Below the pieces are notes generated by a model. It saw only the letters and a list, made by a program, of their open reading frames with translations. It was not told the DNA's origin and did not search any database. Positions 1 to 8,872 of a stretch of DNA of 30,922 bases are shown piece by piece (position 1 is the first letter of the stretch; every line of letters starts with the position of its first letter). Source of the stretch: Sphingomonadales bacterium (lineage in GTDB: Bacteria > Pseudomonadota > Alphaproteobacteria > Sphingomonadales > Sphingomonadaceae); contig JAYVZY010000031.1 in NCBI GenBank assembly GCA_043782885.1, positions 1-30,922 of the forward strand, given 5' to 3'. The translations under genes and the position numbers were made by a program.

Positions 1-53
1 CCGCCCGCAACGCCAGAGTCAATCGCCATCATTGTATCTGGTAATGCAGCCAT
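1..53 (-). CDS. N-terminus of probable NAD(P)H-quinone oxidoreductase (zeta-crystallin/PIG3 type), runs off the window
   Basis: ATG at 53 reads MAALPDTMMAIDSGVAGG, which resembles the typical M..P.TM.AI....GGPEVL start. It is divergent from DUF1192, a common alphaproteobacterial arrangement. Only 17 codons are visible. Confidence 0.5.
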   Translation of the reverse strand, partial: MAALPDTMMAIDSGVAG

Positions 54-116
54 TCTCGCCCCCTGATTGATCATTCTCTTATTGACTCCGCTCGGCAAAC
101 CGTCAACTTTCAATCG

Positions 117-314
117 ATGAACGGTGACGATCTTTTACCACTGCGCAAAGATGATCCGCTTACTGCGTTGGCGCGGCAGGATCTCGACCCCTTCTCCGTG
201 GCCGAGCTCGAAGCGCGTGTGCTGGCATTGGAGGCGGAAATCGCGCGCACTCGTGCAAAAATAACATTTTCTGTTAACCACAAATCAAGTGCCGACGCGC
301 TATTCAAGCGATAG
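117..314 (+). CDS. DUF1192 family small coiled-coil protein
   Basis: 65 aa with DLDPFSVAELEARVLALEAEIAR and C-terminal ADALFK, typical of DUF1192; lies upstream of clpA. Confidence 0.8.
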   Translation: MNGDDLLPLRKDDPLTALARQDLDPFSVAELEARVLALEAEIARTRAKITFSVNHKSSADALFKR

Positions 315-328
315 CCCAAAGTTTAGGG

Positions 329-357
329 CTTGATGATTGCCCCGACTGTGCCAACAT
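329..357 (+). promoter_or_regulatory. Possible RpoH (sigma32)-type promoter for clpA
   Basis: CTTGAT-N16-CCAACAT, 20 nt before the clpA ATG, resembles the alphaproteobacterial CTTGAA-N16-CCTATAT consensus. Confidence 0.4.
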
Positions 358-377
358 AGGGGTCAAAGGAGTTTCAC

Positions 378-2699
378 ATGCCCTCATTCGCTCGTGAACT
401 AGAAACCACACTGCACAACGCGCTTGCTGCTGCCGCGACCCGCGCGCAAGAATATGCGACGCTCGAACATTTGCTGCTCGCGCTGATCGATGATGAACAC
501 GCCTCGAAGGTGATGATCGCCTGCGGTGTCAATCTGGAAGACCTGAAAGCGGCGGTCGTCCATTACCTTGATACCGAGCTGGAATCGTTGAAGGCGGGGA
601 TGAAATCGGACCCCTCGCCGACCTCGGGCTTCCAGCGGGTTATTCAGCGCGCGATCTTGCATGTGCAATCGTCAGGCCGCGATGATGTGACGGGGGCGAA
701 TGTGCTGGTGGCGTTGTTCTCCGAGCGTGAGAGCTATGCAGTTTACTTTCTCCAGCAGCAGGATATGTCGCGGCTTGATGCCGTGAGCTTTATCAGCCAC
801 GGCGTCGGCAAGGGCATTGAGGTGCCCGAAACGCGAGAGGTTAAGGGTGCGGAGGAACAATCTGAGAAGAAGCCCGACAGCAAGCAAAAGGGCGAATCCG
901 CGCTCAAACTTTATTGCGTTGATCTCAACGAGAAAGCGAAAAAGGGCAAGGTTGATCCGCTGATTGGTCGCGGGCCTGAGGTAGATCGTACGGTGCAAAT
1001 CCTCTGCCGTCGTTCAAAGAACAACCCGCTGTATGTCGGTGAGCCCGGCGTAGGGAAAACCGCGATTGCGGAGGGGCTGGCGCGCAAGATCATCGAGGGC
1101 GATGTGCCCGAGGTGCTGCTGCCTGCCGTGATTTACTCGCTTGATATGGGCGCATTGCTGGCGGGTACGCGCTATCGTGGTGACTTTGAAGAGCGGCTGA
1201 AAGCAGTCGTCAATGAGCTGGAGAAGCTCCCCGACGCGATCCTGTTCATCGATGAAATCCACACCGTTATCGGTGCGGGTGCGACGAGCGGCGGGGCGAT
1301 GGATGCCTCCAATCTGCTCAAGCCCGCGCTCTCTGGTGGCACAATCCGGTGCATCGGCTCGACCACCTATAAGGAATTCCGCAATCATTTTGAGAAGGAT
1401 CGCGCGCTGCTGCGCCGCTTCCAGAAGATTGATGTGAACGAGCCAAGTATCGAGGATACGATCAAAATTCTTGCGGGGCTGCGCTCGGCGTTTGAAGATC
1501 ACCACCATGTGAGATACACGCCGGATGCGATCAAGACGGCGGTGGAGCTCTCCGCGCGCTACATCAACGACCGCAAACTGCCTGATAAGGCGATTGACGT
1601 GATCGATGAGGTCGGCGCGATGCAGATGCTTGTGGCCCCCAACAAGCGCAAGAAGGTCATCACGCCCAAGGAAATCGAGATGGTGATCGCGACGATGGCG
1701 CGCATCCCGCCCAAATCGGTTTCCGCCGATGATACTGCCGCGCTCGCCACGCTCACCACTGACCTCAAGCGCGTCGTGTTTGGGCAGGATGAGGCGATTG
1801 AGCGGCTGTCTTCAGCCATTAAGCTCAGCCGCGCGGGCCTGCGTGATCCAGATAAGCCGATTGGTAATTACCTATTCACCGGGCCAACCGGCGTCGGCAA
1901 AACCGAAGTCGCGCGCCAGCTCGCCAGCATCCTCGGCATTCCGCTGCAACGCTTTGATATGAGCGAATATATGGAGCGGCACTCGGTCAGCCGCCTCATC
2001 GGCGCGCCTCCGGGCTATGTCGGGTTCGACCAAGGCGGGCTGCTCACCGATGCTATTGATCAACAGCCGCATTGCGTGTTGCTGCTGGATGAAATCGAGA
2101 AAGCGCACCCTGATCTGTTCAACATCTTGTTGCAGGTTATGGATCATGGCCGCCTCACCGATCAGCACGGAAAATCGGTCGATTTCCGCAATGTCATCCT
2201 GATTATGACAACCAATGCGGGCGCATCCGACATGGCCAGCGAGGGCATCGGCTTTGGCAACGTCTCGAAGGAAGATGCCGGCGATGAGGCAGTGAAGAAG
2301 ATGTTCACCCCCGAATTCCGCAACCGGCTCGACGCGATTGTGCCGTTCGCCTACCTGCCGCCCGAAGTGGTTGCGCGGGTGGTCGATAAGTTCATCCTGC
2401 AACTTGAGCTGCAACTTGCCGACCGCGATGTCCACATCAAGCTGGAAGATGACGCGCGCGAATGGCTCACCACCAAGGGTTATGACAAGCTCTATGGCGC
2501 GCGGCCGATGGGGCGGCTCATTCAGGAGAAGATCAAGCAACCGCTGGCGGAAGAACTGCTGTTCGGCAAGCTCGTCCACGGTGGCGAGGTGCATGTGCGG
2601 ATGGCGGAGGGCAAGCCCGTATTCGAAGTCACCGCCGCGCCACCCAAAAAGGGGCGCAAAGGAGGCAAATCGAAGGTGAAGGCCGGCGCTGGAGCGTAA
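378..2699 (+). CDS. clpA: ATP-dependent Clp protease ATP-binding subunit ClpA
   Basis: 773 aa with Clp N-domain and two AAA+ modules (GEPGVGKT / LFIDEIH and GPTGVGKT / [10 protein letters not shown]); no ClpB middle coiled coil; AAGGAG RBS. Confidence 0.97.
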   Translation: MPSFARELETTLHNALAAAATRAQEYATLEHLLLALIDDEHASKVMIACGVNLEDLKAAVVHYLDTELESLKAGMKSDPSPTSGFQRVIQRAILHVQSSGRDDVTGANVLVALFSERESYAVYFLQQQDMSRLDAVSFISHGVGKGIEVPETREVKGAEEQSEKKPDSKQKGESALKLYCVDLNEKAKKGKVDPLIGRGPEVDRTVQILCRRSKNNPLYVGEPGVGKTAIAEGLARKIIEGDVPEVLLPAVIYSLDMGALLAGTRYRGDFEERLKAVVNELEKLPDAILFIDEIHTVIGAGATSGGAMDASNLLKPALSGGTIRCIGSTTYKEFRNHFEKDRALLRRFQKIDVNEPSIEDTIKILAGLRSAFEDHHHVRYTPDAIKTAVELSARYINDRKLPDKAIDVIDEVGAMQMLVAPNKRKKVITPKEIEMVIATMARIPPKSVSADDTAALATLTTDLKRVVFGQDEAIERLSSAIKLSRAGLRDPDKPIGNYLFTGPTGVGKTEVARQLASILGIPLQRFDMSEYMERHSVSRLIGAPPGYVGFDQGGLLTDAIDQQPHCVLLLDEIEKAHPDLFNILLQVMDHGRLTDQHGKSVDFRNVILIMTTNAGASDMASEGIGFGNVSKEDAGDEAVKKMFTPEFRNRLDAIVPFAYLPPEVVARVVDKFILQLELQLADRDVHIKLEDDAREWLTTKGYDKLYGARPMGRLIQEKIKQPLAEELLFGKLVHGGEVHVRMAEGKPVFEVTAAPPKKGRKGGKSKVKAGAGA

Positions 2700-2702
2700 A
2701 TC

Positions 2703-3365
2703 TTGACCGCTGTTACCAAGGGCGGCGTCGTCCTGTTGCATGGCATCTGGAATTTTGAGCTTGTGATGCGGCCGGTCGCGCGCGCTTTGGCGCGCGAGGG
2801 GTTTGCGGTGCTCAATCTGAGCTATCCGAGCATGACGAAGCCAGTGGTGGATTTGGCGGATGGGCTTGAGGCGCGCGTTGCAGCCTTTGCAAAAAGCATT
2901 GATGGCCCCGTTCATTTCGTGGGTCACTCACTGGGCGGGTTGATAATCCGCGCTTATCTCCAACGCCACCGCCCCACCAATTTGGGCAAGGTGGTGATGC
3001 TCGGCACGCCCAATCACGGCAGCGAAGCGGCGGATTTGGCGCGGACATTGGGACTAGCGCGGATCACGCTTGGCCCGGTTGGCCGGCACCTGTATACGCA
3101 CCGCACCCCGCAGGATGAAGCTTCACTGGGCCAAATTGATTACCCGCTGGGCATCATCGCGGGCAATCGTCCCCGCAATCCGCCGATGTTCGCACTGTGT
3201 TTTCGTGAACCAAATGATGGCAAAGTTTCGATCCGCTCAACCAAGGTTGAGGGTATGGCTGACCATATTATTCTTCCTGTTGCGCATGACGCGATGCCCA
3301 TGAAATCCGCCGTGCACGCACAAATTATCGCGTTCTTGCGCGATGGCCAATTCGCTCACACGTGA
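2703..3365 (+). CDS. Alpha/beta-fold hydrolase (lipase/PGAP1-like esterase)
   Basis: LLHG oxyanion motif, GHSLGG nucleophile elbow, LGTPNHGS, NDGKV Asp and late His (VAHDAM); TTG start 3 nt after the clpA stop. Confidence 0.85.
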   Translation: MTAVTKGGVVLLHGIWNFELVMRPVARALAREGFAVLNLSYPSMTKPVVDLADGLEARVAAFAKSIDGPVHFVGHSLGGLIIRAYLQRHRPTNLGKVVMLGTPNHGSEAADLARTLGLARITLGPVGRHLYTHRTPQDEASLGQIDYPLGIIAGNRPRNPPMFALCFREPNDGKVSIRSTKVEGMADHIILPVAHDAMPMKSAVHAQIIAFLRDGQFAHT

Positions 3366-4255
3366 GAGAGCGCCACGACATCGTGAAAGAGCGTATAGTT
3401 AATCACCCGCCTGCCGCGCTCGTTGACGGAGATGACATCGACAAAATCATGATCGAACAACACAGCACCCGGGGAATAGGCGTGGCGCGCGTGCACGGGC
3501 TGAATAACGCTGGCATCCGTGCCCGTGAGCGTCACGACGATCTCGTCAGCACCATCGAGATAGCTGGAGGCATCGCGCCCGAACAGCGGGCTGTCCTCAT
3601 CAATACGGTGCATCACCAGCCAGCTCATCGCGAACACTTGTGACATGCTGCGCACCAGTGGCAGGGTATAGAAGCGCCGCATATCATTCCCATCAACTGT
3701 CTCACGCCGCAAGATGGAGACACGAATGCTGGCCTCAAGAATGAAATTGCCGCGCTGATTGCCAACGCGGAACATGAGCGTAGGCACGCCCTCGAATGTT
3801 TTGATGATCGCAACGTTGGAGAATAATATCCGCGCCGAGGGGCGCGAGAATCGCGCGAACATAATGCCAGACGTGAGCGCGAAGAACAAAACGCCGATGG
3901 TAATTTCGATCACGACCAACACATTCGCATAGGTGCTCAGCGGGAAGACATCGCCGTATCCCACTGTCGCCACAGTATGTACGCTGAAAAAGAAGGCGTG
4001 CCAGAACGCGCTGAAATGAAGGGTGTCAGGTCGGCTCAGGCCATTTGGATCGAGCGCATACAGTGCCGCAAAGGCGAAGTTGAAAGCAATGAATGCGGCG
4101 ATGAAACCGACGAAAAAGACGGGCCAGCTTAGCCGCGTGAGCGTATGATAAAGATCACCCAGAAACGGCCTTTCCGCGCCGATCATATCAATGTCGAGCC
4201 GATCGTTCCCGATGATAGATTGGGTGAAGTCGCGCGGTGGACTGTCTGGCTTCAT
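3356..4255 (-). CDS. Inward-rectifier potassium channel (KirBac family)
   Basis: Two transmembrane helices flanking FFSVHTVATVGYGD (TVGYG selectivity filter), followed by ARFSRP and a Kir cytoplasmic domain (HRIDEDSPL). Confidence 0.92.
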   Translation of the reverse strand: MKPDSPPRDFTQSIIGNDRLDIDMIGAERPFLGDLYHTLTRLSWPVFFVGFIAAFIAFNFAFAALYALDPNGLSRPDTLHFSAFWHAFFFSVHTVATVGYGDVFPLSTYANVLVVIEITIGVLFFALTSGIMFARFSRPSARILFSNVAIIKTFEGVPTLMFRVGNQRGNFILEASIRVSILRRETVDGNDMRRFYTLPLVRSMSQVFAMSWLVMHRIDEDSPLFGRDASSYLDGADEIVVTLTGTDASVIQPVHARHAYSPGAVLFDHDFVDVISVNERGRRVINYTLFHDVVALSHV

Positions 4256-5571
4256 GCGATGTTGGTGCTCATGAAACGGATCGGCTGACCAGCGGCAGTG
4301 GGCGCGAGCTTACCGTGCCACATCACTTTATGGCCGCGCACAATGGTGCCCACGGGTTGGCCGGTGATCTCCATCCCTGTGAACGGTGACCAACCTGCTT
4401 TGCTCGCGAGCGAATCTTGCGTAATCGTCCATTTCGCTTGGGTGTCAACGATGCTGAAATCGGCGTCATAGCCGACAGCAATCCGGCCTTTGTTGATGAT
4501 ACCGAACACCCGCTGCGGCCCTGCGCTGGTCAGCTCGATCAACCGCTGCATCGTCAACCGCCCAGCCGCGACATGGTTGAGCATCAGCGGGAGGAAGGTT
4601 TGCACGCCAGGCATCCCGCTTGGGCTTTCAGGGTAAGGTTTGGCCTTCTCTTCAACTGTATGCGGCGCATGATCCGTCGCGACAACATCGGCCACGCCTT
4701 GATCCAGCCAATACCAGAGCCCATCGCGATGCGCACCAGAGCGAATCGGCGGGTTCTGCTGCACCAAGGTGCCAAGTCGTGGATAGGCTTCTTCTCCCGC
4801 CAGCGTGAGATGCTGTGGGGTCAGCTCGCAGGTCGCGATGTCCTTGTGCTGGGCGATCAGCTCCAGCTCCGCTGGCGTAGTAACGTGAAGAATATGGATG
4901 CGGCGATTGGCTTGGCGGGCGAGGGCGAGGATGCGCTGGGTGGCCTTGAGCGCGCTCTCATCGTCGCGCCACACGGGGTGGCTGGAAGGATCGCCGGGGA
5001 TGCGCAGGTGGGCGCGGTCGTTCATCCGCGCCTCATCCTCGGCATGAATGGCGACGCGGCGGGTGCCGTGCTGGAGCACGCGGAGCAGGTCAGAATCCTC
5101 GGCGACCAGCAAATCACCTGTTGATGCCCCCATGAAGATTTTCACGCCCGCCGTGCCAGGAATTTTCTCAAGTTCGCCGAGTTCGGTTGCATTCGCTGCC
5201 GTCGCCCCCACGTAAAAGGCATGATCGCACCACATCCGTTTGGCGCGGTTGAGCTTGTCGTACACGCGCTCCGCTGTGTCCGTATTCGGCTTGGTGTTGG
5301 GCATTTCAAACACCGCCGTCACCCCGCCGAGCACCGCTGCGCGGCTGCCCGATTCCAGATCCTCCTTGTGCTCCAGCCCCGGCTCGCGGAAATGCACCTG
5401 TGTGTCGATGACCCCGGGGAGGATGTCGAGGCCCGAGCAATCGAGCGTTTCAGTGGCATCTCCCGATGCACCAAGCGCTACAATTTTTCCTTCGCGGACG
5501 CCGATGTTGGTTTGAGTAGGGCCACCGGGTGTCCAGACGGTGCCGTTGGTCAGGAGGAGGTCGTATGTCAT
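4252..5571 (-). CDS. pyrC: Dihydroorotase-family amidohydrolase
   Basis: DTQVHFREPG, KIFMG, IHAED, HILHVT, NPPIR and TDHAPH motifs. Start placed at ATG 5571 (MTYDLLL), after an AAGGGA RBS. Confidence 0.85.
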   Translation of the reverse strand: MTYDLLLTNGTVWTPGGPTQTNIGVREGKIVALGASGDATETLDCSGLDILPGVIDTQVHFREPGLEHKEDLESGSRAAVLGGVTAVFEMPNTKPNTDTAERVYDKLNRAKRMWCDHAFYVGATAANATELGELEKIPGTAGVKIFMGASTGDLLVAEDSDLLRVLQHGTRRVAIHAEDEARMNDRAHLRIPGDPSSHPVWRDDESALKATQRILALARQANRRIHILHVTTPAELELIAQHKDIATCELTPQHLTLAGEEAYPRLGTLVQQNPPIRSGAHRDGLWYWLDQGVADVVATDHAPHTVEEKAKPYPESPSGMPGVQTFLPLMLNHVAAGRLTMQRLIELTSAGPQRVFGIINKGRIAVGYDADFSIVDTQAKWTITQDSLASKAGWSPFTGMEITGQPVGTIVRGHKVMWHGKLAPTAAGQPIRFMSTNIA

Positions 5572-5612
5572 TGGGGCTTCCCTTGATGCGTCCCGCACCC
5601 TACCTAATCGTG

Positions 5613-6266
5613 ATGACCAAAACTACCCTCATTGATCGTGTCGTCATCCGCGTGAGTGGTGACGGGGTGCGCGACTTTCTGCAAGACCTGATCACCAACG
5701 ATGTGAGTGGTGCGCTGCCTGTGTGGGCCGGGTTGCTCACGCCGCAGGGGAAGGCGCTGTTCGATTTCATCTTGTGGGCGGCGGGAGATGATGTGCTGAT
5801 CGATTGCGAGGCCAGCCAAGCGGCGGCGCTGGTGCGTCGGCTCGCGCTTTATCGGCTGCGGCGAGCGCTGGTGATTGCGGTCGATGCGGGGCTGGCGGTG
5901 CATTGGGCTTTGGGCGGCGCACAGGGTGTTCCCGATCCCCGCAACCCTGCGCTTGGCGCTCGGTGGATAGCTCCGCCATCGGAACCAGCAACTGGCTATC
6001 ATCCACACCGTCTTGCACATGGCGTAATCGAGGGGGTTGCGGAACTCGGCAACGATCAATCGCTCTGGCTGGAATGCAACGCCGAGGTGCAGAATGGCGT
6101 CAGCTTCACCAAAGGTTGCTATATTGGCCAAGAGAATACCGCGCGGATGCACCATCGCGATAAGGTGCGCAAACGGCTGGCGGTGGTGGCTACGAATGCG
6201 GAGCCGGAAGGCGCACGGGCTTGGTATCCAGATTTGGGCTATGCGGTGGTGGTGGAGCGGACGTGA
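5613..6266 (+). CDS. ygfZ: Folate-binding Fe-S cluster repair protein YgfZ/GcvT family
   Basis: G..FLQDLITND, LLTPQGKALFD and the signature SFTKGCYIGQE. Start placed at ATG 5613. Confidence 0.9.
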   Translation: MTKTTLIDRVVIRVSGDGVRDFLQDLITNDVSGALPVWAGLLTPQGKALFDFILWAAGDDVLIDCEASQAAALVRRLALYRLRRALVIAVDAGLAVHWALGGAQGVPDPRNPALGARWIAPPSEPATGYHPHRLAHGVIEGVAELGNDQSLWLECNAEVQNGVSFTKGCYIGQENTARMHHRDKVRKRLAVVATNAEPEGARAWYPDLGYAVVVERT

Positions 6267-7015
6267 TTGAAGTTTTGCAATCCCCCGCCCTTGCCGTCAC
6301 CCCGCACGGCTTCCTCGGACGTAAGGGTGGCGTATCTACCGGCATCTTCGAGAGCCTCAATGTTGGCCTCGGCTCATCAGATGATCCCGCTGTCGTCACC
6401 GAGAACCGTGCGCGCGTGGTGGGTGCAGTGCTCTCCGGCGCCGCACTGACGACCGCGTATCAAATCCATTCACCGCGAGTCGTCACCGTCAACGCTCCGC
6501 TGACCGAGCGCCCCGAGGGTGATGCGCTTGTCACCCGCGCGCCTGGGCTATTGCTCGGCATTCTCACTGCCGATTGCGCTCCCGTGCTGTTTACTGACCA
6601 CGAGGCAGGCGTTATCGGCGCGGCGCATGCGGGCTGGAAGGGCGCATTGGGTGGCGTAACAGACGCAACCATCGCCGCGATGGAAGCGCTTGGCGCGCGC
6701 CGCGAAAACATCGCCGCAGCCATCGGGCCCTGCATCGCGCGCAAATCCTATGAGGTGGATACGAGCTTCATCACAAGGTTCACTGATGACGACCCGGCAA
6801 ACGAACGCTTCTTCTGGGAGGGCCGCGCAGGTCACGCGTGGTTTGATTTGGAGGCATATGTGGCGCACCGCCTCCACGCAGCAGGCTTAACGACGGTACA
6901 TCTGCTGGGGGCAGATACCTACAGCCAGCCAGAATGTTTCTTCTCCTATCGCCGCACCACGCACGCGGGGGAGCCAGATTATGGCCGGCAGATCAGCGTG
7001 ATTGGCCTCCGTTAA
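6263..7015 (+). CDS. pgeF: Peptidoglycan editing factor PgeF (YfiH, laccase-like domain)
   Basis: HGFLGRKGGVS, QIHS, TADCAPV, AHAGWKG and FFSYRR motifs; GTG start overlaps the ygfZ stop (GTGA). Confidence 0.92.
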   Translation: MIEVLQSPALAVTPHGFLGRKGGVSTGIFESLNVGLGSSDDPAVVTENRARVVGAVLSGAALTTAYQIHSPRVVTVNAPLTERPEGDALVTRAPGLLLGILTADCAPVLFTDHEAGVIGAAHAGWKGALGGVTDATIAAMEALGARRENIAAAIGPCIARKSYEVDTSFITRFTDDDPANERFFWEGRAGHAWFDLEAYVAHRLHAAGLTTVHLLGADTYSQPECFFSYRRTTHAGEPDYGRQISVIGLR

Positions 7016-7018
7016 GCG

Positions 7019-7411
7019 CTATTTCTTCTCAAAATCCAACGAGAGCGAGTTCATGCAGTAGCGCAGCCCATTTTCACCCGGCCCGTCGGGAAAGACGTGA
7101 CCGAGATGACCATCACACTTCGTGCAGCGCACTTCGGTGCGCACCCGGCCGTGGCTTTCATCACGAAACTCCGTCACCGCTGCTTCGGTCGCAGGCGCTG
7201 TGAAGCTAGGCCAGCCACTTCCCGAATCATATTTTGTGTCAGATGTGAACAGCAAGGTGCCGCACCCGGCACAATGATATTCGCCCGTGTCTTTGTTATA
7301 ATTCAGCTCCCCCGCAAATGCGCGTTCTGTGCCTGCTTCGCGCAGCACATGGTAGCGTTCGGGGGAGAGTCGGTCGCGCCATTCGGCGTCGGTAAGGCTG
7401 ATTTTTTCCAT
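7019..7411 (-). CDS. msrB: Peptide-methionine (R)-S-oxide reductase MsrB
   Basis: GTERAF, two CxxC zinc motifs (CAGC, CTKC), SGSGWPSF, GHLGHVFPDGP and RYCMNS. Confidence 0.97.
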   Translation of the reverse strand: MEKISLTDAEWRDRLSPERYHVLREAGTERAFAGELNYNKDTGEYHCAGCGTLLFTSDTKYDSGSGWPSFTAPATEAAVTEFRDESHGRVRTEVRCTKCDGHLGHVFPDGPGENGLRYCMNSLSLDFEKK

Positions 7412-7417
7412 ATCACG

Positions 7418-7446
7418 TTTATGCCACGGCGCATTGGAGTCGGCAA
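7418..7446 (-). promoter_or_regulatory. Putative sigma70 promoter of msrB
   Basis: Minus strand TTGCCG-N17-CATAAA ends 6 nt before the ATG; no Shine-Dalgarno sequence is present. Confidence 0.4.
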
Positions 7447-7519
7447 GCGGCTGCGCGCAGGGAGGAAATTTAACTGTTTTAGCTTACATCACACCCGATA
7501 GTCATATAAGTATCTGTGA

Positions 7520-8035
7520 ATGCGTCGCTTTTTTGTCATTGCCCTTGCGAGCATAGCGTTACCCAGCGCGGTTGCGGCGCAATGTCGGTTGTGTGCCGCT
7601 GCGCCGAGCACGTCAGCAAAAGCGTCCGATGCGCTTGAACACCCCCTCACAATCGAAGTGGAGGCGGCGCTCGATTTCAGCCGCATCGCTCAACTCGGCC
7701 CCCAAGGCGGCACAGTGAGCGTCGACCCACGTTCCGGCACGCGCAGTGTCAGTGGTGGGTTAAAGGATTTGGGCGGAGGTGTGCTGAAAGGGCAAGTGCA
7801 CGTGCAAGGCGCTCCGTTGCGTCCAATTCGGGTGGTGTTGCCCAATAGGGTTACCCTGACGGCAGCCGATGGCAGCTGCGTAGACGTCGTTAACCTGACG
7901 ACCGATCTTCCTCCGAATGCCGCACTCGGTCTGAACGGAACGCTGAGTTTCTCGTTCGGCGGGCAGCTCAACATCGTCCGTGCCAATGCTGGCGATTATC
8001 ACGGGCGCATCCCGATTAGTGTTGAATATCAGTAG
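7520..8035 (+). CDS. Secreted DUF4402-like beta-rich protein (spore-coat-U/Csu pilin-like), possible minor subunit
   Basis: Signal peptide (AVAA/QCRLC), LDFSRI, GGTVSVDP, FSFGGQL and C-terminal GDYHGRIPISVEYQ. Confidence 0.75.
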   Translation: MRRFFVIALASIALPSAVAAQCRLCAAAPSTSAKASDALEHPLTIEVEAALDFSRIAQLGPQGGTVSVDPRSGTRSVSGGLKDLGGGVLKGQVHVQGAPLRPIRVVLPNRVTLTAADGSCVDVVNLTTDLPPNAALGLNGTLSFSFGGQLNIVRANAGDYHGRIPISVEYQ

Positions 8036-8075
8036 CTTGACTCACTCCGAAATGGTTTAGTTTTGTTTACACACA

Positions 8076-8091
8076 TTAGTGTTCGCTTAAC
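8076..8091 (+). promoter_or_regulatory. CtrA-like box upstream of the second DUF4402 gene
   Basis: TTAG-N7-TTAAC, one mismatch from TTAA-N7-TTAAC; GANTC sites at 8039-8043 and 8116-8120. Confidence 0.45.
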
Positions 8092-8186
8092 CAATGCTCG
8101 CAGCAATTCTTAAAAGACTCGGCGGGCATAGCGGAGTGCACGGTGGAGGTAGGCTCCGATCGGGTTACGCTTAAAGGGAACACCAA

Positions 8187-8699
8187 ATGAAATTCAACAT
8201 GATCAAGTCAGCGCTTGTGGGTTCAGCCATTTTGGCTGTGAGCTTCGCTGCATCGTCAGCTCAGGCTGCAACCAGCTCAGCAACCGCAAATGCGACCGCC
8301 AAGATTATCTCGGCGATCACTGTGACTAAGAATACCGACCTCAACTTCGGCACAGCTGTCTCAAATGCCACGGGCGGCACTGTCGCAGTGTCAAACGCAG
8401 TTGCTGCCACTCAGACCTGCGTTGGTGTGACCTGCACCGGCGGCGGTCAGACATCAGCACAGTTCTCGATCTCAGGTGCAGCGGCCACAACCGCAGTTAT
8501 CACTGTCCCAACAACAGCGATCACACTGACATCGGGTGCGAACACGATGACCGCGTTGCTCACGTCAAGCGCGCCAACGTTGGCACTGCTCGGCACAGCG
8601 GCCGATGCCTTCCAAGTTGGTGGCACGCTGACCGTTGGTGCAAACCAAGCCACGGGCAGCTACGCGGGAACGTTCACCGTTTCAGTCGCTTATCAATAA
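8187..8699 (+). CDS. Secreted Ala/Thr-rich DUF4402-like protein, possible major pilin-like subunit
   Basis: Signal peptide (SAQA/A), alternating N-terminal strand ATANATAKII, DLNFG, Cys pair CVGVTC, FQVGGTL and C-terminal GSYAGTFTVSVAYQ; own terminator. Confidence 0.8.
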   Translation: MKFNMIKSALVGSAILAVSFAASSAQAATSSATANATAKIISAITVTKNTDLNFGTAVSNATGGTVAVSNAVAATQTCVGVTCTGGGQTSAQFSISGAAATTAVITVPTTAITLTSGANTMTALLTSSAPTLALLGTAADAFQVGGTLTVGANQATGSYAGTFTVSVAYQ

Positions 8700-8725
8700 A
8701 ATTCCCCCGTCAGGGAAACTCCAGA

Positions 8726-8759
8726 CCGCCAGTGCCCCGTGCGCTGGCGGCTTTTGTTT
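8726..8759 (+). terminator. Intrinsic terminator after the second DUF4402 gene
   Basis: 10-bp stem CCGCCAGTGC/GCGCTGGCGG (one G-U pair), 5-nt loop, then CTTTTGTTT. Confidence 0.8.
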
Positions 8760-8820
8760 GTGGACCGCATAAAAATAACACGAAAGCTCAAATCGAGCTT
8801 GAACTCCGAGTGCGGAGTGT

Positions 8821-8833
8821 TTATCTGTGATAA
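8821..8833. promoter_or_regulatory. Palindromic T-N11-A (LysR-type) box upstream of the sRNA
   Basis: Perfect dyad TTATC-TGT-GATAA about 40 nt upstream of the predicted sRNA 5' end. Confidence 0.45.
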
Positions 8834-8872
8834 CGGAAGGTTAGCGCGTTCCCCCCTTTCGCGCTTTCTGAC

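Noticed and set aside
1872-2927. 351-aa minus-strand ORF
   Set aside because: Antisense shadow of clpA with no recognisable motifs; long shadow ORFs are expected in GC-rich DNA.
5520-5571. Dihydroorotase with Gln in place of the first metal-binding His (DTQVH, motif slightly downstream of this N-terminal span)
   Set aside because: This variant is common in alphaproteobacterial homologues as I recall, so it is not evidence of inactivation or novelty.
4417-5586. Plus-strand ORFs of 235 and 121 aa
   Set aside because: They lie wholly antisense to pyrC and have no family features.
7458-7467. CAGGGAGGAA, a perfect 10-nt complement of the SuhB-like seed (8893-8902)
   Set aside because: It lies 52 nt upstream of the DUF4402 ATG with no start codon at RBS distance, probably outside the transcript. 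A purine-rich 10-mer match in 31 kb can arise by chance.
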